A DNA stretch of 64,000 nt from Cetorhinus maximus. Lineage: Eukaryota. Where the stretch lies: contig NC_135903.1 of NCBI RefSeq assembly GCF_964194155.1, forward strand, positions 2,976,001 to 3,040,000. The letters are read 5' to 3'. Every line of letters starts with the position of its first letter. Within the stretch, counting starts at the first letter, position 1. Below the pieces are notes generated by a model. That model ran no database searches, had not been told where the DNA came from, and worked only from the letters and a program-made list of their open reading frames with translations. Positions 1-12,000 of this stretch are shown here, in pieces. Both the position numbers and the translations under genes were made by a program.

Positions 1-814
1 GCGGCTTCAGATGCTACATTTCTGCACATATGTTTCCCTATATAGGCCTTAATTAGCACTGCCCATGGTGCTCTTCAGTATTTTTGCCATTTACAGAGAT
101 GCCTCATATGTACAAGTATGTTGCTTCAACTATTCTGTTTGGGAATTGAATAATACTGAATGGTTTGTGTTCCCGTCATCAATACAATACGGAGCACTTC
201 TTGGTTACATTGTCTATTTTGCAATAGAGTATTTATTTGGAATGATCTAATGCACCAAACCTGACTTCATTTATATCTAAGGAATAAATATGGGCACAAG
301 TACATTGTGCTGTCAGCTGTGTAATTTGTTATAATGCTAACGTGTTCACTGACAGTAAGTTTATTTTGGCAAATTGTCATTAATTTGAAAAGAAATCTTG
401 CTCTTAAAAATGATGCAGCATTAGTTCTTTCTCTCAAATGTGCACCTTGTGCTCAAACCATTTTTGGTTTCATTTTAGTCAGTTCTGCGCAAACAGTTGC
501 TTAGAAATCTGCTTTGTACACCAAAATGTCAATAATGGATGTTATCTATGAGGTTGGCAGTATTTTTTTACTGAAGAGTATTACGTTCCAATGGTAAATT
601 ATTAATCCCAAATTCTGAGAAGCTCAGCAATTCTGCTTCTAGAAGGAAAGACATTCTGACTGATCTAAAAGTCTTCTATTATTGGACTGTGTGGGTTTGA
701 AACTTCTGTACTAATTACTGTGATGCATGTTCATAATGAGAATGTTACACTGAACTTGCAATGAATACCTGCTTCTTGAAGTTTGTAACAACAGAAGTTA
801 CGATGTATTGCAGA

Positions 815-1160
815 ATTTTTTTTATTCGTTCATGGGATTTGGGCATCGCTGGCTAGGCCAGCATTTATTGACCATCCCTAATTGCCCTTGTTCAGAAGGA
901 TTTAAGAGTCAACCACATTGTTATGGGTTTGTAGGCCAGACCGGGTAAGGATGGAAGATTTCCTTCCCCAAAGGACATTAGTAAACCAGATGATTTTTAT
1001 GACAATGGTTTCATGGTTATCATCAGACTTTTAATTCCAGATTTTTTTTTTCTTGAATTCAAATCCCACCATCTGCCATGGTGGGATTTGAACCCCGGTC
1101 CCTAGGGCATTACCCTGGGTCTCTGGATCGCTAGTCTAGTGATAATATCGCTGGGTTTGA
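815..1160 (-). mobile_element. tRNA-derived SINE (family A)
   Basis: Minus strand has B-box-like GGTTCAAATCCC and an A-rich tail; 3' end matches the LINE tail at ~7135-7195; further copies at 17.5-18.5, 38.2, 43.1 and 51.2 kb. Confidence 0.8.
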
Positions 1161-2861
1161 ATTAAAGTAAGATTTGTGGCATTATCAAGATTCATATGAC
1201 TGTGAGGATTTTTTCTTACAGTGGTGCATGTTATTTAAAAAAAAGATTACTTTGCCTACATTAAGTGGTTGAATATCCCTTCATTTTTCAATTAAAAAGG
1301 AAATTAAATTGAAGGGGCACCAAACAGGATTGCTGGGTTAAATACTGAACTGGGTTCAAATTCACTGCAGCTTGATGGGATGAACAAGACTTCTTCCTGC
1401 TCCTTTTGCAGGGGTACTATATAAAAAAGACTTTCAACTGTCTCAATCCAGTTCTTAGTGAGCACAGACCACAGCTCAAAAGTACCACGAGCCTTGTAAT
1501 TTAGTCTGACGTGGGCAATAGCACCGGAAATCAAATATGCACCATCTCTCTGTCCTTGTTAATGAATGCAAAAATAAACTTTAGAAAGGCTGTTAAAAGG
1601 AAATGTGTTGGTTAAGTACCTTAACCTTCTGCCCAGAAAGAATATCTCAAATAACTATTGTATTACAAGGATAAATTACTTTTGGAAAAATCCCAGTGGG
1701 GAAGTCGGATCAGCTGCAGACTCAACATCACTGGTGAAATGTGTTTACCTTAATATTTGAATGGGGACGAAGGACTTAAGTTTGTTATGGAGCAGCGCAC
1801 TTTTCCCATGGAAATAGCATGTTGAGTCAAAGGAAATAGCTCAATAGATGTTTTGTAATATTTTGAATTTATTTACTTTTCTAAAGCTGACCACAATAAA
1901 CCTGCAGCATTATATTTACAGGTTTTATATGAGCTGGCAAAACCGGTTTCCTTCAGGGTTTAAAAATGATCAAATAAAAAGCTGTGCACTGCACTTTCAA
2001 TACCTCAAGAACGCACCTAATCAGTCCCCTGCAGCAGAAATTCAGTTTATCTTGGGACTCCAATGTTTAAAAATGGTTTGTATACTTTTCAATCGTCATG
2101 ACCATGAAATAGCTAATTGCAAGTGGCGCGAGACATTACAATACTTGCAGCTGATTGTAGACTGCTAGTTGTACAAAGTTGAAAAAGATCCAGTTTTTAT
2201 ACAAAAATCAGTGGGGGGAGGTGATAAACAGCCATATTGTATCTTAATCTTTATGTAATGTAGTTTCAACCATTAGATTTATTGTTTCAGTAAAATTAAA
2301 AGTAACGCTGGAGAGTCGGACTAAAACAGAAAATGCTGAGAATAAACAGAAAAATTAATATTTTGGATTTGACCTATTGGAATTTCCAGTATTGGCTATC
2401 TGATTTTTTTTAATTGTAAATATGTATTGTCTGATTTTCCTGTCAGGTTTACACATAATGAATTCCTGTGTCCGAATTTATAATGAAAACTGTCAATGTA
2501 AATTTGTTGTACTGTATTCGCACCTTTCAACCAGTGAAGGCGTTACAGCAGCACCATTGGTGGGAGGGTGTAAATACAGCAAAATATGTTTACATAGATG
2601 GTTTCAGTTATAAACATGGATATAGGAATTTCTTCGAGAAATATGAAAATAAGGACCGAATACATTACTTTTAAAGTGGGGGCTGAATTACATGTTATAC
2701 TCTGGTTGCATTATCTCCTACTCAGTATTCCTGCTTCATCTGAAGACCGTGCTTGGTTTTGGCAACCTATGTGCAATTCTGTGGAGATTGTCCGATTAAT
2801 ATTGGGAATTCCTGTTTTAAAATACAAGGCACTTCAGGTCTTCAATTTTTTCTTAATATAG

Positions 2862-3085
2862 CTTCTGGCTCGCCTTGAGCGCATGGAAAGGAGGATGCAG
2901 CTGGTGAAAAAAGAAAATGAAAAGGACAAGCACCGCTTTGTACAAACTGTGGACGGGACGGAGGAGAAGAATGCAACGGAAGTGGAGAAAATCCAGACAG
3001 AGTATCAACAGATCACCCCTGAACAACCTCTTGTTCAGATGCAGGGTAATCGAATGGAAACACACTCTGGGAAGGGTTACAAAAG
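2862..3085 (+). CDS. MSL1: MSL1 coding exon (equivalent to exon 2)
   Basis: tag|CTTCTGGCTCGC...AAAAG|gtactc; LLARLERMERRMQLVKKENEK...SGKGYKR. Confidence 0.93.
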
Positions 3086-6000
3086 GTACTCCATACTTTG
3101 TAGGTGGACTCTCGAATTTAGTTTAATAGTTTTGCTGAAGGTGGTGTGTGGAGTTGCTAGTAAGTCGTTTGTAATTTGTAGTAAATAGCAGGTATATTCC
3201 TCCCACCGCCTACCCATCAATCAAATTTGACAAATGTTGGATTACAAGAAAGAAAATGCCTTATAGAAGTCTTAAATTGTGAAAATAACACTCAAACTGA
3301 AGTACAAAATGCCTGATCCATTATAACTGGTGGTTCAGTATTTCAAAAATACAGCACTTATTGAATGAGCTATCATGGTCACCATGGCAACGGGGTAATT
3401 TATGGTGCAATTTCTCTAAAGACAGTTTGCTTTAGACTGGCATTTGACGATTCATGTTATAGTAACTTATCCACGTGCATCCATTTAAGTTGAAGGATTC
3501 CTCTAATATTTTACGGTGAAGTAGGAATTGGTTCTCCTTGTGATGGGAGAGGGAATTGAAAGGAATGCTGGGAATCTGAATGGGTGGGTTAAGATCAATC
3601 AAGTACGGCCCTTTTTGGTTCTAATGGCTTTTTCGGGATCCTAGAAATCTGGCATTCCTAGTCCAAGTCCTTTTTACTCCGCAGGGAGGGGTTGAGGTGC
3701 TGGTTTTTCAAGGATTTTTCTCTCGTTTTGTCATATCTCAATTTTTAATCAGGCACTAAATAAAAGTTGTACTTTTGTCTTTTTGTTTGACCTTGTTACT
3801 TAGTGCAGCTCTCTCCTGTGCTGGCTGGCTGGCCATAATTTCTGAGGAAAGGTTAAAAAATGGGTCAAGATAAAAGCCCCCACATTGATCCCTCTCCTTT
3901 ATTCAGGTAGAGTATCTCACTCAACAGCAAAGCTGAACGCCAGTAAAAATTGCTGTGTTGTTGAAGGACTAGAAATTCACCAGATGCTAGAAATTCAGTG
4001 TCTGATCTGAGGCAGTAGAGAAATAAGGAATCTTATTCATAGCACCACTAGGTCACTGTTACTAGTGCAGGTAATGTGATTTTTTGTCAGTAGGTCCCAC
4101 ATTGCAATATAAAAAGCTTTAAGGATGATACAAATCTTACCCGTCATTTTACTTCTAGTAGATCAAATTAACCATCGTTCTGATACTTCCTCTCTTGCCC
4201 CTTTCCCCTCTTCCTCAGCACACAATTGAAGCCTTAGAGAGTGTTCTATTAGGATGACCAGGCTGAGGTGAAGGATCATTGCTTTTTCTTAAATCAATGG
4301 CATTTGTTAACATTGCATTGCATCGTACTCCCCTACCAGAAAATAATACAAAATAATTGCTATAACAGGCTTTTTGTGCAAATAGAAGCTTCTATCTCCC
4401 CCTCAGCAATAACAACAGAATAGGAGCCTCTGGTGTAGTCCTGACTATGGAATTGTGTTTAGCATAGATCTTGGCCAATAATTTTATGAAAACTAAACTA
4501 CTTATGAATTTTGATTAAATTCAGGAAATCAGCACTAGGAACAACAGAAAGAAAAGCACCAGTGAAAAAGCTTGCAGCTGAATTCTCAAGAGTGCGGACA
4601 AAACTGGCCAAATCCTCTCCACTCCGACAGGCCTCCTGCAGCCCTTTGCCTGACAAAATTTCAAAACGAGAACTGCGAAGTAAAGAAACTCCAGAAAAAT
4701 CCAAATCTCAAACGGAGGGAGTCTACAAACCTTCAACCACATTAAAGACTCCAGGTCTGCCCACCAGCAAAGATCAGCCAATTTCTAATGACATTGAAGA
4801 GGAGCCATACCTCTGTACCACTGAGATGTACCTGTGTCGGTGGCATCAGCGGTCACCCTCTCCCCTGCGAGAGCCTTCACCGAAGAAGGAAGAAACTGTG
4901 GCAAGTTAGTATAAAGAGCACGGCAATCTAGAGGCCTTAATACCTTCAATAAGTGGCCTGTTAATGAGGGGAAAAGTCCAAGTCTTTAAGTAGATGTTAT
5001 TTTTGTATTTTGTTGGCAAACTGGTTACAGAACTGAAAGGTGAGAAATGGTTCAGATTTGTTTTCTGGCGTGGTTTGTCAATCTATTTGCTTTGTTAAAT
5101 GTGAGGGTATGCCAGTTGTGATAATGTAATTCCTCTACATTAATAAGCACAGTGCGTTGGAGGAGACCTTGCACTCTATCAGGTTGTAGCAAAACTCTCT
5201 TGTCTTCTGTTTAAAGCTGTAGAGATCGTGACTACAGTTCAAGTGTCACAGATTGATCAGTATAACCTCACTTTTGGTGTTTTTATTCCCCTCTCAGTGT
5301 CTTCTGAAGGGTTTGAAACCTATCTGATATAGTAACATGAGGACCACTTAACTTTTGGTAACTTATCCGAGTGGTCGATTACACTTGTTCACCAGTCATG
5401 GATGGTGGTGGACAATTAAACAATTCACTGGAGGAGGAGGCTCCACAAATATCCCCATCCTCAATGATGGAAGAGCCCAGCACATCAGTGCAAAAGTTAA
5501 GGCTGAAGCATTTGCTACAATCTTCAGCCAGAAGTGCCGAGTGGGTGATCTGTCTTGACCTCCTCTGGAGGTCCCCAGCATCTCAGATGCCAGTCTTCAG
5601 CCAATTCATTTCGCCCCACGTGATATCAAGAAACGGCTGAAGGCACTGGATACTGCAAAGGCTATGGGCCCGACAATATTCTGGCAATAGTACTGAAGAC
5701 TTGTGCTCCAGAACTTGCCGCACCCCCAGCCAAGCTGTTCCAGTACAGCTACAACAGTGGCATCTACCCGGCTATGTGGAAAATTGCCCAGGTATTCCCT
5801 GTACACAAAAAGCAGGACAAATCCAACCCAGTCAATTACCGCCCCATCAGCCTACCCTTGATTATCAGTAAAGTAATGGAAGGGATCATCAACAGTGCTG
5901 TCAAGTGGCACTTGCTTTGCAATAACCTGCTCACTGACGTCCAGTTTGGGTTCTGCCTGGGCCACTCAGCTCCTGACCTCATTACAGCCTTGGTTCAAAC

Positions 6001-9000
6001 ACGGACAAAAGAGCTGAACTCCCGAGGTGAGGTGAGAGTGACTGCTCTTGAAATCAAGGCAACATTTGATAGAGTGTGGCATCAAGGAGCCCTAGCAAAA
6101 CTGGAGTCAATTGGAATTGGGGGGAGGGGGAAAACTTTCTGCTGTTTGGAGTCATTCCCAGCACGTAGGAAGATGGTTGTGGTTGTTGGAGGTCAGTCAT
6201 CTCAGCTCCAGGACATCACTGCAGGAGTTCCTCAGGGTAGTGTCCTCGGCCCAAACATCTTCAGCTGCTTCATCAATGACCTTCCTTCCATCATAAGGTC
6301 AGAAGTGGGGATGTTCGCTGATGATTGCGCAATGTTGACCACCATTCATGACTCCTCAGATACTGAAGCAGTCCATGTCCAAATGCAGCAAGACCTGGAC
6401 AATATCCAGGTTTGGGCTGACAAGTGGCAAGTAATATTTGTGCCACACAAATGTCAGGCAATGACCATCTCCAACAAGAGAGAATCCAGCCATCACCCTT
6501 TGACGTTCAATGGCATTTCCATCACTGAATACCCCACTATCAACATCCTGGGGGGTTACCATTGACCAGAAACTGAACTGGACTAGCCATATAAATACTG
6601 TGGCTACAAGAGCAGGCCAGAGGCTAGGAATCCAGTGACTCACCTCCCGACTGCCCAAAGCCTGTCCACCATCTACAAGGCACAAGTCAGGAGTGTGATG
6701 GAATACTCCCCACTCGCCTGGATGAGTGCAGCTCCAACAGCACTGCAGAAGCTTGACACCGTCCAGGACAAAGCAGCCTGCTTGATTGGCACCACATTAA
6801 CAAACATTCACTCCCTTCCCCCATCGACACACAGTAGCAGCAGTGTGTACCGTCTACAAGATGCACTGCAGGAATTCACCAAGGCTCCCTCGACAGCATC
6901 TTCCAAACCCACGACCGCTACCATCTAGAAGGACAAGGGCAGCAGATAGATGGGAACACCACCACCTGGAAGTTCCCCTCCAAGTCACTCACCATCCTGA
7001 CTTGGAAATATATCACCGTTCCTTCATTGTCGCTAGGTCAAAATCCTGGAACTCCTTCCCTAACAGCACTGTGAGTGTACCTACACCACATGGACTGCAG
7101 TGGTTCAAGAAGGCAGCTCACCACCACCTTCTTGAGGGCAACTAGGGATGGGCAATAAGTGCTGGCCCTGCCAGCGAAGCCAACATCCCATGAATGTGGG
7201 GGGAAAAAATGAGAACTTCAACACCGTGTTCAAAAATGGGGTACAGTGATTGTCAGTGAGGCTGTATGGCCGAGACGGGCCCTATCGTCCCTCAGCTTCC
7301 ACCACGTGTATCTCTAGTGCATGGGGTCACTGAAGAGCCACCAAAAGTATGCCTATCATCCTCACTCCCTAACCCACGGTCCTGAAGGCAAATGTTGTCC
7401 TGGCTGTTATCGCCTGATTTCAGCAAGGCTGGAGATTTACACTTACAACCTTGCAACTATGAGTTGCTCAGCTACTTCCATAGATAATCTCACTGAGCTA
7501 GTGGGTGAGCTGAAGCAGTGCTGTTTTTTAAAATATTGTCCTGCCTGTGCAGAATGCACCCAGATTTGTAAACTTTGGTTCCCCAGGCAGAGAATATGGG
7601 AGAATATTATACAGATGGGGCTATTACAAAGCTGTTGTATTCAAACTGTAGAATCTGTAGCATTGTTTTTCTGGGGAGGTGGGGAAGGAAGTGCTGAACT
7701 GCAAATCCCACAGCCAGGAAGAAAAGTATTTTTGCTGCCACCTTTACACTGCATCCAGAAATGCAGACTTGGCCCAGTTCACAAGGCAGCTCAATTTTCA
7801 GGACAGTAGAAGCAGGAAGCGAAGTCTGTTTCCTGCTGTTGGGAAAAGCAGAGCCCTACGCATCCATATTGGAGTGATGCTTCACAGCCTTTATCTCCCG
7901 GTGTGATTTGTTTTTTTTTAATGATTGACCAGAGCAGCCTTTTATTAAATTCTGAATTGTGGCAGAGTCCAACAGAGCTCTCTTTCAATTTGAAAGCTTG
8001 CTGTGTTTGGCTGGAACAAAGAAGTAGAATATTCCTGTCTTGTTTTTGATACTTGTGAAACAAAACACCAAAATACCCTCAGGGATAAGGGTTACAGAGG
8101 TGGGTGACTGTGCCACAGGGATGTGAAAATTGATGCACAAGATGCCACACCCACCAGCATTCCTGATTTTTGTGGACTAGGTCCCTGATTTTGTGGTTTA
8201 GTTTTTGATCAAAGGCAGGAAGTATTGTGGTTTGAATAATGGGTAATAGGTCCCACTCTGCACAGTATCGACAATGCTGACTGAGAGTAAGCTTGACTGA
8301 GCCCAGTGAAGTGATTAGAAGCAGACGTTAAACCTGGTCTTTTTCTTTCCTTAAATCTTTTCTTTGTAGTTCCATCCTGGAAAGAACACTCGGCGGAACC
8401 CCTCGTAGACCTGCAACCCGATGAAATAATTGAGGTACAGCAACAAAGTGTGGGAGCATCTAATGGTGACTTGTCTTTTGTTTTTGTTGCTTTCCAGGCT
8501 GATTTTTGTATTTTATCTCGAGCACTTTCACTTGATGAATTGGCTTAGATAAATAGGACCCAGCTCTGGTTGGTCATTGCACCCTGGGGTGGCTACACAC
8601 TGCACCCCAACGCTACCCCAACTGATTGATCCAGCTCATCTGTTATGACTGAATATGTCGGCAGCATTCAGGCCACCTTTTTGAAAAAAGCAAAATACTG
8701 CGGATGCTGGAAATTCGAAACAAAAACAAGAATACCTGGAAAAACTCAGTAGGTCTGACGGCATCTGCGGAGAGGAATATAGTTAATGTTTCGAGTCCGT
8801 ATGACTCTTCACCAAAACTAAGGAAAAATAGAAAAGAGGTGAAATATAAGCTGATTTAAGGGGGGGTGGGACAGGTTCAGCTGGATAGAGGGCCAGTGAT
8901 AGGCGGAGATAGACAAAGGGACAAAGAGGTGTTGACGGTGGTGATATTAGCTAAGGAATGTGCTAATGGTGACATTAAGGGTAGAAAGCAGGGTACAGAT

Positions 9001-12000
9001 AGCCCTAGTGGGGATGGGGTGGGGGGAAGGGATCGAAATAGGCTAAAAGGTAGAGGTAAAACAATGGATGGAAATACATTTAAAAATAATGGAAATAGGT
9101 GGGAAAAGAAAAATATATAGAAATTATTGGAAAAGGGGGGATCGGAAAGGGGGTGGGGATGGAGGAGAGAGTTCATGATCTAAAGTTGTCGAACTCAACA
9201 TTCGGTCCGGAAGGCTGTAAAATGCCTTGTCGGAAGATGCGGTGCTGTTCCTCCAGTTTGCATTGAGCTTCTTGAAAATGTGGATTGTGTGGTGACCTTG
9301 GAGGGTGGGAAAGGAATAAAAAATAACCTTTATTGTGGACCAGGCCAGAGTTTGTGAGGTAGTGCCTTCAGGTATACAGCTGAAGGAGAACAAAAGCTAC
9401 AGTTTTTTCTACTTTTGTAGAGTACCCCTTTTTAATGCCCTCTGATCCAAAAGTGGTTGAAATTAATTGAAAGTGACAATTTTTGAAATAAAAAAGGTAA
9501 TTTTTGAAACTTCGTGGGAAATTAATTATAAAATTAATTCCTGGCAGCAACAGGCTTATGCATTCTTCAATTTACTTCCAAACTCTTTCGGCTTTCCTCC
9601 CTCCCAAACTTTGAGCTTTTTCAATATTTGCACATTGAAACATAGTCACTTCCTCTTGCTGCTTAGTGTCCACTGCTTCCCCAACCCCCACCTCTGAACC
9701 ACACAATGTAAAGAGCTGTGACACATTTTGCTATGTGAAATGGGCTGTGTGACTGCTAGTTGTTTGCTGTTAAGAAATGGAATAACTGCACCCCAATTCA
9801 AGGCTTGTGTTAATTCTCCTCCTCCTCTTTCATGATTGCGATGATCTTAAAAATAAAAGGTTGCTACTCTATTTGACGGAGGAGATTAAATGAAGATGCT
9901 CCACCATCTTGGTGGCTATGGCAGATAGAACTGATTATCTGTCTTGGTTTATCAGTTGCATCAGTCAGTGGCCATCTAGATGAGAAACAGGCACTGTCAC
10001 TATTGGGAAGGTACCTGGCTGCTGCTGGTGCAGTTTTTAACTCAATACTGAGTTGGGTTTCCTTTTTTTTGGAGTCTTTTCAAATGTTTGCAACATAAAA
10101 TGACTATACATTTTCACTGTAAAATACATGAAATTCATGGTTTGAGATTTCCTACACCAGCTAACTTGTACAAACTGAAGCCACATTATGTAGTGAAAAT
10201 TGAGGTCTGGTATGATTACTGAGATTATCAGTGAACAATTTTCAGATCCATGATACTGCTGTAATGTTGCAATGCAACAGGATTGGTCGCCTGGCAGTAA
10301 AGGAATTCTGTTTCCACAGATAACTAGGAGAACCTCTAGTGGCAGGAATATGCTGCTGCAACATTACAACATGACAAAGAATATCCTTGAGGTAAAATGT
10401 CTGCCATTGTGAGCACTAATGCAGTCCCCCTTCTGGAGGTCTCATTTCTCTCCGGTTAAGAGAAATCCCAAAGGAAAGACATCACTATTTTTCAGTGAAA
10501 AGGGAATAAGATTGTTTTCAAACTTTGTTAAATGCTAATGTACCCAATTGTTCCTAAACAATTTAACCCTTGGCATACAAATTTTGATGCTTTAAACAGA
10601 TAGAAAGTCAGCAAACGATTGAAAGTATGAAGAGCCCTTGAGTAGTAGATGTGGCCCTCACTCTTCTATACGTCACAATATGAACATCATCAAAAGGCAC
10701 AGGCTGCTTGTGTACTGAATTTGATAATCCACGTGTTTTTTTTTCTCCCCTCCACACTATATATGCTTTACAAAACTGCAGTGCTTCATAGGAATTGGAA
10801 GGTGCTTCAGATATTTTGTTTTTTTTCCCCCTGATTTATGACAGAAAACAGCTATTGGCGGCATCAGAGGATATGCTTTTCCATTAGGAGTGTCTGTATG
10901 ACCAAATCATCTGGATCCGCTATAGCAGGGAAAACACCATTTGGCTTAAAGATGAACTACACAGTCTTTGCATTTTTTTTAAAAGGTGAAGAGAGTAGAT
11001 TTCACTGGTGCAGTTTTCAGACTGTGCCTCGAGAGATTAAAAGACCAGTTTTGGAAATGTGTACTGGGCATTCCTAATAATGTGGGAAGTATCGAGATTG
11101 CACATTCATACGCAAGGCATTGATCATGACCTTTCCAGTGCCAACATTGGACTATCTATTTATTTTGTTAATTTTGCTAGTATTAATTTCATCAGATTCT
11201 GGGCCCTTGTTTTGCTTTCATTATCAGTTAAAACATCTCCCACAGAATATAGTGTCTGGTGTAGCAGGTGGAACTGGAGTGTCAATAACAGTAATGTTAG
11301 TAATTTGTATGCATTTTAACAGATGCATTTGAATTATAACATTCTTCAAAGCAGTCAGTTCTCTTTTTTTCCCGTGCTGCCACACTCGTGTAGGATGCTT
11401 GAGATGACAGCCCCAATGGTTTCCAAAGCCCTGTGTACTACTTAGTTGCAAGTATGACTTTAGGTGCTCTTCCTATCTACAATGGCAAGAGATCCTTTCT
11501 CGCCTCCTGTAGTCACTGAATCCATCATTGGAGTACATTTGCACCAACAGTGCTTGCTTTCCTTGCCCAAAGTGACTTTTCATTAATTTGTAGAGCTTCA
11601 TGATGCATGCCAGATGGCCATCACAGACTATGTATTGCATCATAGTTCTGTCCTTATCTGATGTCCCCGTTCATGTATTTTCTTTAGGGGTGGTCACTGT
11701 GTAGAAGTCAGGAAATGGAACATCCAAATGGGATCAGCTAATGAAACATTAGTTAATACTTCTAAAACTAATTTCTTGCTATTTCAATTTTACCAAATTG
11801 ATGTGATTCTGTTGACCTCCAAATATTTTTGCATGGGAGCCTTACTGAGCGTGTAATATTGTAGAAAAACAGCATATTATTGGAGAAACTTGATGCCTGA
11901 AATTTCCACAAAATGTTGAATGTGAGAAGAAATGATTAGGATACCAATGTGTTGTGGTTATCTTAGTGAGGCTGACCAGAAAATTCTCAAATGATAAAAG

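Noticed and set aside
1304-1534. 76-aa minus-strand ORF in an MSL1 intron
   Set aside because: Non-ATG start, no recognisable domain or splice context
9898-9920. CTCF-like motif
   Set aside because: Weak match only
10260-10368. 12-bp inverted repeat TGTAATGTTGCA / TGCAACATTACA
   Set aside because: Interior pairs poorly; not enough to call a miRNA or MITE
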